A DNA stretch of 64,000 nucleotides from positions 34,286,001 to 34,350,000 of the forward strand of contig OZ024744.1 in the NCBI GenBank assembly GCA_964016885.1, read 5' to 3'. The DNA is from Eledone cirrhosa. Lineage: Eukaryota. The translations under genes were made by a program, and so were the position numbers. The notes under the pieces are model-generated. The model did not search any database, was not told the origin of the DNA, and saw nothing but the letters and a program-made list of their open reading frames with translations. Below are positions 1 through 12,814 of the stretch, piece after piece. Within the stretch, counting starts at the first letter, position 1. Each line of letters starts with the position of its first letter.

Positions 1-3000
1 GAACTGAGATAACACACCTTATCTCAGCGTCTAACACTAGAGATGTATTACAGTGTTGTTCAGAGTTAACACCTCTTATCTCAACGTCTAACTCTGGAGA
101 TGTATTACAGCGTTGTTCTCTACCAGTGAACTGAGAGCACACCACTTATCGCAGTTTCTAATAATAGAGATGTATTACAGTGTTATTAACTACCAGTGAA
201 CTGAGGTACCACCCCTTATCTCAGCTTCTAATACTAGAGATATATTCCAATGTTAACTGTTCACTACCAGTGAACTGAGATAACACCCCTTATCTCAGCT
301 TCTAATACTAGAGATATATTACAGCGTTAACTGTTCACTACCAGTGAACTGAGGTAAGACCCCTTATCTCAGCTTCTCATACTAGATATGTATTACAGTG
401 TTGTTCACTACCAGTGAACTGAGATAACACGCTTTATCTCAGCTTCTAATACTAGAGATGTATTACAGTGTTGTTCACTACCAGTGAACTGAGATAACAC
501 CCCTTATCTCAGCGTCTAACACTTGAGATGTATTACAGTGTTGTTCACTACCACTAAACTGAGATAACACCCCTTATCTCAGCTTCTAATACTAGAGATG
601 TATTACAGTGTTGTTCACTACCAGTGAACTGAGATAACACCCTTTATCTCAACTTCTAACACTAGAGATGTATTACAGTGTTGTTCACTACCACTGAACT
701 GAGATAACACCCCTTATCTCAGCTTCTAATACTAGAGATGTATTACAGTGTTGTTCACTACCAGTGAACTGAAATAACACCCCTTATCTCAGCGTCTAAC
801 ACTAGAGATGTATTACAGTATTGTTCACAACCATTGAACTGAGATAACACCCCTTTCTCAGTTTCTATTACTAGAGATGTATTACAGTATTGTTCACTAC
901 CAGTGAACTGAGATAACACCCCTTATCTCAGCTTCTAATACTAGAGATGTATTACAGTGTTAGCTGTTTCACTACCAGTGAACTGAGGTAACACCCCGTA
1001 ACTAGCTTCTAATACTAGAGATGTACTACAGTGTTAACTGTTCATTAACAGTGAACTGAAATAACACCCCTTATCACAGCTTCTAACACTAGAGATGTAT
1101 TACAGGGATGTTCACTACCAGTGAACTGAGATAACACCCCTTATCTCAGCGTCTAACACTAGAGATGTATTACAGTGTTATCTGTTCACTACTAGTGAAC
1201 TGAGGTAACACCCCTTATCTCAGCTTCTAATACTAGAGATGTATTACCGTGTTCTTCACTACCAGTGAACTGAGATAACACCCCTTTCTCAGTTTCTAAT
1301 ACTAGAGATGTATTACAGTATTGTTCACTACCAGTGAACTGAGATAACACCCCTTATCTCAGCTTTTAATACTAGAGATGTATTACAGTGTTAACTGTTC
1401 ACTATCAGTGAACTGAGATAACACCCCATATCTCAGCTTCTAATACTAGAGATGTATTACAGTGTTGTTCACTACCAATGAACTGAGATAACACCACTTA
1501 TCTCAGCTTCTAATACTAGAGATGTATTACAGTGTAAGCTGTTCACTACCAGTGAACTGAGAGCACACCCCTTATCTCAGCTTCTAATACTAGAGATGTA
1601 TTACAGTGTTAGATGTTCACTACCAGTGAACTGAGATAACACCCCTTATCTCAGCTACTAATTCTAGAGATGTATTACAGTATTAACTATTCACTACCAG
1701 TGAACTGAGGTAACACCCCGTATCTCAGCTTCTAATACTAGAGATATATTACAGTGTTAACTGTTCATTAACAGTGAACTGAAATAACACCACTTATCTC
1801 AGCATCTAACACTAGAGATGTATTACAGTGTTATCTGTTCACTACCAGTGAACTGAGGTACCACCCCTTATCTCAGCTTCTAATACTAGAGATATATTCC
1901 AATGTTAACTGTTCACTACCAGTGAACTGAGATAACACCCCTTATCTCAGCTTCTAATACTAGAGATATATTACAGCGTTAACTGTTCACTACCAGTGAA
2001 CTGAGGTAAGACCCCTTATCTCAGCTTCTCATACTAGATATGTATTACAGTGTTGTTCACTACCAGTGAACTGAGATAACACGCTTTATCTCAGCTTCTA
2101 ATACTAGAGATGTATTACAGTGTTGTTCACTACCAGTGAACTGAGATAACACCCCTTATCTCAGCGTCTAACACTTGAGATGTATTACAGTGTTGTTCAC
2201 TACCACTAAACTGAGATAACACCCCTTATCTCAGCTTCTAATACTAGAGATGTATTACAGTGTTGTTCACTACCAGTGAACTGAGATAACACCCTTTATC
2301 TCAACTTCTAACACTAGAGATGTATTACAGTGTTGTTCACTACCACTGAACTGAGATAACACCCCTTATCTCAGCTTCTAATACTAGAGATGTATTACAG
2401 TGTTGTTCACTACCAGTGAACTGAAATAACACCCCTTATCTCAGCGTCTAACACTAGAGATGTATTACAGTATTGTTCACAACCATTGAACTGAGATAAC
2501 ACCCCTTTCTCAGTTTCTATTACTAGAGATGTATTACAGTATTGTTCACTACCAGTGAACTGAGATAACACCCCTTATCTCAGCTTCTAATACTAGAGAT
2601 GTATTACAGTGTTAGCTGTTTCACTACCAGTGAACTGAGGTAACACCCCGTAACTAGCTTCTAATACTAGAGATGTACTACAGTGTTAACTGTTCATTAA
2701 CAGTGAACTGAAATAACACCCCTTATCACAGCTTCTAACACTAGAGATGTATTACAGGGATGTTCACTACCAGTGAACTGAGATAACACCCCTTATCTCA
2801 GCGTCTAACACTAGAGATGTATTACAGTGTTATCTGTTCACTACTAGTGAACTGAGGTAACACCCCTTATCTCAGCTTCTAATACTAGAGATGTATTACC
2901 GTGTTCTTCACTACCAGTGAACTGAGATAACACCCCTTTCTCAGTTTCTAATACTAGAGATGTATTACAGTATTGTTCACTACCAGTGAACTGAGATAAC

Positions 3001-6000
3001 ACCCCTTATCTCAGCTTTTAATACTAGAGATGTATTACAGTGTTAACTGTTCACTATCAGTGAACTGAGATAACACCCCATATCTCAGCTTCTAATACTA
3101 GAGATGTATTACAGTGTTGTTCACTACCAATGAACTGAGATAACACCACTTATCTCAGCTTCTAATACTAGAGATGTATTACAGTGTAAGCTGTTCACTA
3201 CCAGTGAACTGAGAGCACACCCCTTATCTCAGCTTCTAATACTAGAGATGTATTACAGTGTTAGATGTTCACTACCAGTGAACTGAGATAACACCCCTTA
3301 TCTCAGCTACTAATTCTAGAGATGTATTACAGTATTAACTATTCACTACCAGTGAACTGAGGTAACACCCCGTATCTCAGCTTCTAATACTAGAGATATA
3401 TTACAGTGTTAACTGTTCATTAACAGTGAACTGAAATAACACCACTTATCTCAGCATCTAACACTAGAGATGTATTACAGTGTTATCTGTTCACTACCAG
3501 TGAACTGAGGTAACACCCCTTATCTCAGCTTCTAATACTAGAGATGTATTACAGTGTTGTTCACTACCAGTGAACTGAGATAACACACCTTATCTCAGCT
3601 TCTAACACTAGAGATGTATTACAGTGTTAACTGTTCACTACCAGTGAACTGAGATAACACCTCTCATCTCAGCGTCCAACACTAGAGATGTATTACAGTG
3701 CTAGATGTTTACTACTAGTGAACTGAGATAACACCCCTTATCTCAGCGTCTAACACTAATGATGTATTACAGTGTTAACTCTTCACTACCAGTGAACTGA
3801 GGTAACACCCCTTATCTCAGCTTTTAATACTAGAGATGTATTACAGTGTTAACTGTTCACTACCAGTGAACTGAGATAACACCCCATATCTCAGCTTCTA
3901 ATACTAGAGATGTATTACAGTGTTGTTCACTACCAGTGAACTGAGATAACACCCCATATCTCAGCTTCTAATACTTGAGATGTATTACAGTTTTGTTCAC
4001 TACCAGTGAACTGAGATAACACCCCTTATCTCAGCGTCTAACACTAGAGATGTATTACAGTGTTATCTGTTCACTACTAGTGAACTGAGATAACACCCGT
4101 TATTTCAGCTTCTTACACTAGAGATGTATTACAGTGTTGTTCACTACCAGTGAACTGAGATAACACCCCTTATCTCAGCTTCTAATACTTGAGATGTATT
4201 ACAGTTTTGTTCACTACCAGTGAACTGAAATAACACCCCTTATCTCAGCGTCTAACACTAGAGATGTATTACAGTGTTGTTCACTACCAGTGAACTGAGA
4301 TAACACCCCTTTCTCAGTTTCTAATACTAGAGATGTATTACAGTGTTAGATGTTCACTACCAGTGAACTGTGATAACACCCCTTATCTCAGCGTCTAACA
4401 CTAGAGATGTATTACAGTCTTGTTCACTACCAGTGAACTGAGATAACACCCCTTATCTCAGCTTCTAATACTAGAGATGTATTACAGTGTTGTTCACTGC
4501 CAGTGAACTGAGAGCACACCAATTATCGCAGTTTCTAATACTAGAGATGTATTACAGTTTTAGATGTTCACTACCAGTGAACTGAGATAACACCCCTTAT
4601 CTAAGCTTCTAATACTAGAGATGTATTACAGTGTTAGATGTTCACTACCAGTGAACTGAGATAACACCACTTATCTCAGCTTCTAATACTAGTGATGTAT
4701 TACAGTGTTAGATGTTCACTAAGAGTGAACTGAGGTAACACCCATTATCTTAGCGTCTAACACTAGAGATGTATTACAGTGTTAACTGTTCACTACCAGT
4801 GAACTGAGATAACACCCCTTATCTCAGCTTTTAATACTAGAGATGTATTACAGTCTTAACTGTTCACTACCAGTGAACTGAGATAACACCCCATATCTCA
4901 GCTTCTAATACTAGAGATGTATTACAGTGTTAGATGTTTACTAATAGTGAACTGAGTTAACACCCCTTATCTCAGCTTCTAACACTAGAGATGTATTACA
5001 GTGTTAACTGTTCACTACCAGTGAACTGAGATAACACCCCATATCTCAGCTTCTAATACTAGAGATGTATTACAGCGTTGTTCACTACCAGTGAACTGAG
5101 ATAACACCACTTGTCTCAGCTTCTGATACTAGAGATGTATTACAGTGTTGTTCACTACCATTGTACTGAGATAACAGCCCTTATCTCAGCTTCTAATACT
5201 AGATATGTATTACAGTTTTGTTAACTACCAGTGAACTGAGATAACACCCCTTATCTCAGCTTCTAATACCAGAGATGTATTACAGTGTTAGCTGTTCACT
5301 AGCAGTGAACTGAGATAAAACCCCTTATCTCCGCGTCTAACAGTAGAGATGTATTACAGTGTTGGTCACTACCTGTGAACTGAGATAACACCCCTTAGCT
5401 CAGCGTCTAACACTAGAGATGTATTACAGTGTTAACTGTTCACTACCAGTGAACTGAGATAACACCCCTTATCTCAGCTTCTAATACTAGAGATGTATTA
5501 CAGTGTTAGATGTTCACTACCAGTGAACTGAGGTAACACCCCTTATCTCAGCTTCTAATACTAGAGATGTATTACAGTGTTAGATGTTCACTACCAGTGA
5601 ACTGAGATAACACACTTTATCTCAGCGTCTAACTCTAGAGATGTATTACAGTATTGTTCACTACCAGTGAACTGAGATAACGTCCCTTTTCTCAGCTTCT
5701 AATACTAGAGATGTATTACAGTGTTGTTCACTACCGGTGAACTGAGGTAACACCCCTTATCTCAGCTTCTAATACTAGAGATGTACTACATTGTTGTTCA
5801 CTACCGGTGAACTGAGGTAACACCCCTTATCTCAGCTTCTAATACTAGAGATGTATTACACTGTTAATTGTTCACTACCAGTGAACTGAGATAACACCCC
5901 TTATCTCAGCTTCTAATACGAGAGATATATTACAGTGTTGTTCACTACAAGTGAACTGAGATAACACCCCTTATCTCGGCTTCTAATACTAGAGATGTAT

Positions 6001-6055
6001 TACAGTGTTGTTCACTCTCAGTGAACTGAGATAACACCCCTTATATCAGCTTCTA
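1..6055. repeat. Tandem satellite, 70/74-bp monomer (~84 copies, runs off window start)
   Basis: Monomer CCAGTGAACTGAGATAACACCCCTTATCTCAGCTTCTAATACTAGAGATGTATTACAGTGTT(AACT)GTTCACTA is repeated head-to-tail with no unique spacers. Period is 70 bp (e.g. 481/551/621), or 74 bp with a 4-nt insert. Confidence 0.97.
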
Positions 6056-6611
6056 TGGTGCGTCCTCCAAACCCCACAGTGGTGCCTGGCTCCATGCTCT
6101 GCCCTTCTTCTCCACTGGCACGCAGCTAGACAACCATAGCCTGCGAATCGGAGTTTCCCTGAGGCTCGGCTTCCGGATCTGCCAGCCACACCAATATCGC
6201 TGTGGTTCCACGGTGGACTATTTCGGGCTCTACCTTCTTTCCTGTCGCCACAGTGCCGGCCGCATTCCACGACATACTGCCCTCAACGAGGTCATTAAGT
6301 ATGGCTTGGACGCTGCAGGCTTCCCTTCCCAGCACGAGCTGGGGCTGGATCGAGGGGACGGCAAAAGGCCAGATGGCATGACCATCTGTCCGCGGCCCCA
6401 GGGCTACCTCCTTACTCACCACCATAGGCACTGAGCTGGCCAGCCGTAGGTGCGAGCCCCGCGAGTTGAAGTGGCTTTTACGCCTTCTCCATTCTGACCG
6501 CCGGGGCTGTGGGTGAGCCCCATCGCGTACCAATACATTAGTTAAATACCATTCTTTCATCTGATACAACACAATAAAGTTTTTGTCTCATATATTAAGT
6601 AGAGTGAATAC
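6056..6611 (+). mobile_element. 3' fragment of a CRE-clade RLE non-LTR retrotransposon inserted into the satellite
   Basis: Translation gives LRIGVSLRLG..C..H.LSC..SAGRIPRH.ALNEVI..GLDRGDGKRPDG (zinc knuckle + PD nuclease) and EPREL.W..AFSIL. It splits one monomer between TTCTA and ATACTAGAG. Confidence 0.8.
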
Positions 6612-6818
6612 ATACTAGAGATGTATTACAGTGTTAACTGTTCACTACCAGTGAACTGAGAAAACACCTCTTATCTCAGCTTCTAACACTAGAGATGTAT
6701 TACAGTGTTAACTGTTCACTATCAGTTAACCGAGGTAACACCCCTTATCTCAGCTGCTAACACTGGAGATGTATTACAGTGTTAACTGTTCACTACCAGT
6801 GAACTGAGGTAACAACCC
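6612..6818. repeat. Last ~3 satellite monomers, continuous with the LINE stop codon
   Basis: Same 74-bp monomer as 1-6055. Confidence 0.95.
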
Positions 6819-7033
6819 TTATTTTTCAACTGCCCTCCGGAGTATTGGAGCTGTTCCAAACAATGCTGTTTTTGTTGTAAGTGTTCCATCCATATGGCAA
6901 TCCCTATTTGTTTAATGTACTTCTCAAGAACGTTACTCACTGTTCCCAAGTCTTCAACTATTATTAGTATTACCACCACCTTGTTCACTGACCACAGCTG
7001 CTTAACCTCCCAAGTTAACCCGTTTTGTCTATC
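6819..7033 (-). mobile_element. C-terminal fragment of an R4/Dong-type RLE LINE (third family); its 3'UTR is the satellite
   Basis: Minus strand reads LTWEVKQLWSVNKVVVILIIVEDLGTVS..HLQ(fs)KTALFGTAPILRRAVEK*. This is homologous to LKWEVKRIW..VIPIVIGALGTIS..LQKACLLGTARTLRYVL at 37016-37705. TAA is at 6819-6821. Confidence 0.88.
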
Positions 7034-7139
7034 ACCCCCCCCCCCCCTCCTTCTTGATCACATATATTTTTATCAGCTAGACGGACTATATCTATGATCC
7101 AACACTGTTTGCTTTTTTCTCAATTAATACAAAATATGT

Positions 7140-7870
7140 GACACCTGTCCAGTGGTAAACGGCCAACTCTCGGAACCGTTCAGCATCATGAGCTCATTGC
7201 GGCAAGGTTTTCCTCTCTTGTCTTTGCTGTATGTATTGATTCTCGAGCCACTACTACACAAATTGGAGGCGTTGAGAGGTATCCCACACGAATTAGGGTA
7301 GGGAAAATCTTTGTCAGCCAATGCCAACAACGTTACCGTAAGGGTGTCGAACATCAAACATATGGAGATGGCCGGCACTGCTCTCGAGGAATACGAAGCG
7401 ATAACAGGAGCAGAAATATAACAGGAATATTCAGTGGGCCTGCGTCACGGCACCTGGAGAGACAAGCCCATGCCGCTCAACAACGTCGCCTGGCGCTGGA
7501 ACACACGGACCGGTTATATTTCTCGGGGTCTAGTTTGGTCGAGACCTCCAAATGGACAAATACTGGGATGAAATTACGAACAGAGTGGCCATTCTCACCC
7601 AGAAATGTGCCAAGAAGAAGTTATCCCCGAAAGGCCGGGCAGAAGTGGCGAACACGTACATCGCGTCCGTCATCTACTAGTGACTGACCGTCGAGCCTTC
7701 TCCTGGTTCACGTCTAATCGAACTTTCGCTTCTTGTGGAAGGGACGCGGACCAATGGTCAGGTGGTGGTGGTGGACTGGACATACCGTGGCTGATGATGC
7801 GCAAACATGTGATCAGGCTATGCCATTTCCGGCTTTACTTCGACGGTGAACAGGTGTGGCCATCGTTTGC
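7140..7870 (+). mobile_element. Degenerate Tx1/L1-clade RT fragment
   Basis: VNGQLSEPFSIM..RQGFPL, GTALEEYEAITGA, GRAEVANTYIASVIY and GLDIPWLMMRKH match ORF2 of the Tx1 copies at 50-62 kb. Many stops and indels. Confidence 0.88.
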
Positions 7871-8179
7871 TTTATCTATCTATCTTTTTCTCTCCTACTT
7901 TCTATCTGGGTTATGATTGTAATTTAAATATCTAACCCTATCACAAATTATGTCATTCTGATTCGGTTTTGACATTATATTAAGGCTACAGGTGTCTGTG
8001 GAATACTCAGTCACTTGCACGTTAATTTCACACATCGAAAACCAGTAATTCAAACAACTGCATGTTACTCATCGTCGAAAGTGACGGAAGATCCAATATT
8101 CATTGGCACCACATTTCGTTAACCAAGTGTTCGTCATGCTGTGGAAAAGCAATATCATATAAAAATTGATAAGGAATGC

Positions 8180-8373
8180 CACGCACACGCTCACACACAC
8201 ATACACACACTGAGCAACATATACATACATAAGCATACGTACACACATACATATGCAGATAGATAAGCATACTCACGCGTACAAATATACAAACATCTAC
8301 ACACAACTGCATACGATTATATACACACAAACATATACATAAATGTATATACACAAAAAAGGTCACAAAAACA

Positions 8374-8421
<48 letters not shown>

Positions 8422-8630
8422 CACAACTATACACACACAAATATGTATATACACAAATATATACCCACAAATCTTTACACACAAACACGTCCTCACAATT
8501 ATATACACACAAACATATGCACATAAATATGTGCACACAAGTATGTGCATACACACACACATGCACTAAAGTGTCACACACATACACGCACTGAAACACC
8601 TACATGATATATACACACATACGCGTACAT
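8180..8630. repeat. (CA)n/(TA)n microsatellite region
   Basis: Dinucleotide runs visible directly. Confidence 0.9.
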
Positions 8631-9128
8631 GAAGGCATTAGCTGGAGAAATCTTTACTCAAAAACAGCAGCCAACAAATGCAGATTCTCAACAGATGAGT
8701 TGAACATTCCACCGGATATTAAAGAACACAACTCAACATGTTTTTGTTTTTGACTTGGTTTTTGCTTTTGCATTATTAATTTCGACGACCGTAAACCATA
8801 TAATGATCGCAATGTACTCCAGTATTTCTTATAATAAATATATAAAGAAATAAAGAATCAAAGAAGAAATTAATTAATAAATATACAGAGCTATAATAAA
8901 TTTGAGCAATCGCAATACAATGATCTTACTTCTCATTTGGCTCACCCATCAGTTGTAATGTAACTGAATAGTTCCCCCCCCCTCACACACACACACTCTA
9001 TCTTTTCCTTCCTGTGCTAGCCCCGCCTTTCTGTCACACATCAACTCACTCTTTATTCATCTCTTATATTTTACATTCGTCTCCTTCTACGTACGACGGT
9101 TTTTCATTTTATTTTCGTTTAACTGACA

Positions 9129-9275
9129 TACGTACGTCGACTGAAAAGTTCATAGGCTGACTATGAAGGAGTGATGTTAAACCTGTGGAATTTTGCATGC
9201 ATTAATTTCAACTCTTCTTATTAATAACTACATTGTTTCTTTCCAGGGACTATGTTGAAATATAAACCTCATTTG
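9129..9275 (+). mobile_element. Left half of a mariner-type MITE, truncated by the hAT insertion
   Basis: CTGAAAAGTTCATAGGCTGACTATGAAGGA..AAACCTCATTTG matches the complete MITE at 25989-26184. The match stops at the hAT end. Confidence 0.75.
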
Positions 9276-9603
9276 TAGTGGCGTAACTAGCTTTTAAAGC
9301 CAGGGGTGGGGGGCAAATTCGATCTAAATTCCATACGCTCATTTCCATCGGCTGCAAGGAAATATGTTCATACACGCATATAGAATAGATAATAATTTAT
9401 AATAGAGTAAACAGCATCATAGATTACAGAGTTAGCATGTTCCGTGAAAACTTTATTAACTGCGAAGAGGGTGGTCTATCTTCAGAAAAAAACAACATCC
9501 AATAAAACTAGTTTTGCAATCGATTATTCACCAACAAAAATTCGTATGTACAACAAATCGTCCATCTAAAACTTTACTTTCTCATTCGAACACATCAATT
9601 TTT

Positions 9604-12450
9604 CTACAGTTCTAATTTGGGATGTTTTACTTTAGAAAATTTTTCAATCACGATGCTGAAGTCAATTTTTTCAGCCAGTTCTCGCTCTATGTACATCATT
9701 GCCAAAGCATTCAACCGCTCTTCACTCATGGTACTACGCAAATAATTCTTTATCAGTTTGAGCCTGCTGAAGGTTCGCTCAGTCTGCGCCGAGCTAACCG
9801 GAATAGTTATGAACATTTTGTATAAGGTAAACACGTTCGGATAGGCTCTATCTAAGTCATTAGAAATCATAAACGGAACGATCTCAGAACTCGATATGGA
9901 TTTATCTAAACACACTTCCTTGTAAAAATCTTTGAATGATAAATACTCGTCGAAGATAGTGTCATTTTCGATGTCACCCTCGTAGAATTTCACAAGATTA
10001 TCGATTCTCTCTCTATTGCATGTGTCGTCGTCGTCGAAGTGCGCCGGTATCAAGCACGAAAAATCCTTCACTAGACCGTGCAAGTCGGCAAAAGGTTCGT
10101 TAAAGCTACTAATGATTCTATCTAAGATAGTGAAATAAACGTCCCGTTTAAAATGCTGACTCATCGTCTCATGGGGTTCGTCACTGGCATTTTCGTCATG
10201 AAAACGCTTCTTTTTTCTTTTCCGTTTTTCTGTTGTAAATTCTGGTTCAACTTGACATTGCTCGGCGAGATTTTTAGCGTCTGATAATGTTCGGTCAAAA
10301 TATTCATTTGAGCGGATTTCTTCAATTTCTTTTACTACACTTTTAATCATGACGTCCGCAGAATATAAGTCGAAGCCTCCTTCTGCAAATATTGTGAAAC
10401 AGAATGCAGCTTTTTAAGTAAATTCTGAAAAAACTTCAACATGAAAATGAATTCAAACTTGCTCACATTTAGTAGCAAACCTCTGGCCTCGGCTAATACT
10501 TTCGGAGCAGTGTTGTGAACATCCCACTTATTATCCTCTCTAGTGCACTTCTTACTGCCGATAAGTTGTTAATGGTAGCCTCTACAGCCTGAATGTGACT
10601 AAACCAGCGCGTATCTGAGAGTCTTTTTAATGTTAATACTGTTGAAGTCAATAGTTTTTCTTGTTCTTCTTCGAGGATTTTCAGCCTTGGCAAGCTTGAT
10701 GTTAAGAAAACATACAGGCTCTCCAATATACCAACAAATAATTTACCATCCACTGACGATTGGCTAGCATCGATTAACACCAGGTTCAGGTTATGAGCGC
10801 AACAATGGACGTAAACAGCTTTCGAAGAGCATCCCTCTTTAACTCTAGCCTGAAGCCCAGAAATACGGCCGGACATATTCGACGCTCCGTCGTAAGCTTG
10901 TCCCCTAATATATTGAGCATCCAAGGATAGATCCTAGAAAAGAACTTTCACAAACGTATCGTAAAATGATTCAGTGGCTGCTGTTCATAAAACGACAGGA
11001 AATGCTCCTGTGTGTGGCCACTTTTCGATACATATCGCAGTGACACAGAGCATTGATCCTGATGCGAAATGTCTATTGTGGAATCGACGATGACTGAATA
11101 GTATTTTGCCGCTTTCAGTGTGAGCCCCGCGAGTTGGAGTGGCTTTTCCAGCGCATCTCCCTTGCCATCCTCCGGGGAAACGCCTTCTCCATTCTGTCCA
11201 CAGAGGCTGTGGGTGGGCCCCATCGCGTACCGATACATTAGTTAAATACCATTCTTTCATCTGATACTTCCGTGATTATTTGTTGAGTACATTCGTTTGC
11301 CAGGCATTCTATGAATCCGTTTTGTAATTTTGGACTTAAGTACATAGACTGTCTTTTAATGCGCCCGGGCAAGAATAAATGGCTTTTCAAGATCGTATCA
11401 TACTTGGCCATCAATTTCAACAATTCAATAAAGTTTCCTTCATTTTCTGATTTGGCGCCAAGTCCAGCATATTCCCTGTGACCTCTGAAGGCCAGGCCTT
11501 GTTTTGCGAGAAATAACGTACAATCAAGCAATCGCCTCAATATCTGGCGATTTCGTTCAATTCGCTTCTTCTCTTCATGGATGAGGTTATCGATCACTGT
11601 TTTATCTGCGTCCAAACGATATTTTGTCATGAAGTATTGCTTTTGTGCATTGATGTGAATGCACTTTTCTCATGCTTGGCAATTTTTTCGATTCCCTTTT
11701 TGAAGTTTGCCATCCCACACTCTGGATTACCCCAAGTCTTCGAGTAAGATTCGGCATTTTTATCAGCAAACAGCCAGCAACAAAAGCAATATAGTCTGTT
11801 GGTTTCAGGAGAGTATACTAACCAGTGTCGGTCAACTTTATGGATTCCAGCACACTTTCTCTTGTACCAACTGATGTTGAATTTTCTGTGGTTCGAGTCG
11901 AGAAAGAAATCATCAAAATTATCTTTCAATCCTGGCTGACAAGGACCAAAGGCCATGAGGGCACGAATTAGAGGTGTCGTCAATGGTCTGTCCTCGAAAT
12001 GTTTCGGGTCGCTTGGTTACTTCTCTTGTAAATTCAACATGCATTCTACTGGCTCATACTCTGGGATTTGTTTTGCCAATGTAGTTTCCTCTGAATCATT
12101 TTTATTTTCAGATTCCGATACAGCCATTTTTCCCTCTATTGAGTTCGGATCCCCAGTTGGAACTACATCTTCAGTGACTACGACGGTTGTTGAGATAGTC
12201 GATGGATCTGAGGCATCTTCGACGTCAGGTTCTCCTGACTCTCCAGTGCTTTTCTGTTTCTCCAGTTCATCTGACCAGACCGACTCGCCGGAAATTCCGG
12301 CAGTTACGTTGCTTTGGGATGCGTCACTACGTATTGACGAAGACTGTTGACTTTTCAGAAAACTTGTGATTAGATGACATTTCCGTGGCAGCTTGTCTAG
12401 CTTCTCTCCTCTTTGTTGTTCCAGTTTTGTAAGTTTTTTTTAGGCAGCAT
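9604..12450 (-). pseudogene. Frameshifted hAT transposase
   Basis: Starts MLPKKTYKTG. Motifs: TTF zinc finger WLVYS..YCFCCWLF..HEKS; LAKQGLAFRGH..EGNFIELL; VDSTIDIS; GQAYDGASNMSG; HCCAHNLNL; DTRW; hATC PVSSAQTERTFSRLKLIKNYLRSTMSEERL. Split over at least 5 ORFs. Confidence 0.93.
11116..11264 (+). mobile_element. 5'-truncated CRE-clade LINE 3' end inserted antisense into the hAT transposase
   Basis: Encodes EPRELEWLFQRISLAILRGNAFSIL (typical CRE/RLE C-terminus) and matches 6450-6567. Removing it restores the transposase frame IITEV-KAAKYYS. Confidence 0.85.
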
Positions 12451-12474
12451 TGTTAATGAGCACTATATTGACAC

Positions 12475-12814
12475 TGTTTTCCAGTGGCTTTGTATTTAAA
12501 AAAAATTCTTCCTTTTTCTTTTTTTCTTCTATAAGTCTTTAAGTGCCGAAATAGCTTGTGATTAGAAAGACACTTCACTTACCGCATTTCTCTGGTCCTG
12601 GCAAAGTCGTTAGCTGGTTTTCCTCTCTTCCACGTGTGTACAATCCAGCTCGCCGATCGCAGCCTCAAATGGCACGTCTGTCTCAGTCCGATGACCGCCG
12701 TAGAAGAGAGAGAGGCCTCTCAAGCTGACGTCACATCTGCTCGCCCTTCCGGTCGAGCACGCTTCCGGTCAAGCACGCCCAACCTCCAGCTACTACACAC
12801 CACACCATACCCAC
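12475..12814 (-). promoter_or_regulatory. 340-bp GC-rich promoter/first-exon-like segment flanked by 20-bp direct repeats
   Basis: AATGAGCACTATATTGACAC occurs at 12455-12474 and 12815-12834. Inside are TGACGTCA (CRE/ATF), two CTTCCGG (ETS) and a minus-strand ATGCG|GTAAGT donor. Confidence 0.4.

Larger units (their letters stand above)
9276..12474 (-). mobile_element. hAT-superfamily DNA transposon (ZMYM1/Tip100-like); only one terminus recognised
   Basis: Candidate TIR TAGTGGCGTAACTAG at 9276-9290, followed by a transposase pseudogene. The matching opposite TIR was not found. Confidence 0.8.

Noticed and set aside
1-6818. CRISPR array (palindromic short repeats)
   Set aside because: Monomers are contiguous with no unique spacers, there are no cas genes, the context is eukaryotic, and the monomer is explained by a LINE 3'UTR.
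11113-11267. GT..AG intron in the hAT transposase, or U2 snRNA fragment (ATCTGATAC)
   Set aside because: Splicing would not restore the frame. The opposite strand encodes the CRE C-terminus LFQRISLAILRGNA. The U2 match is only 9 nt.
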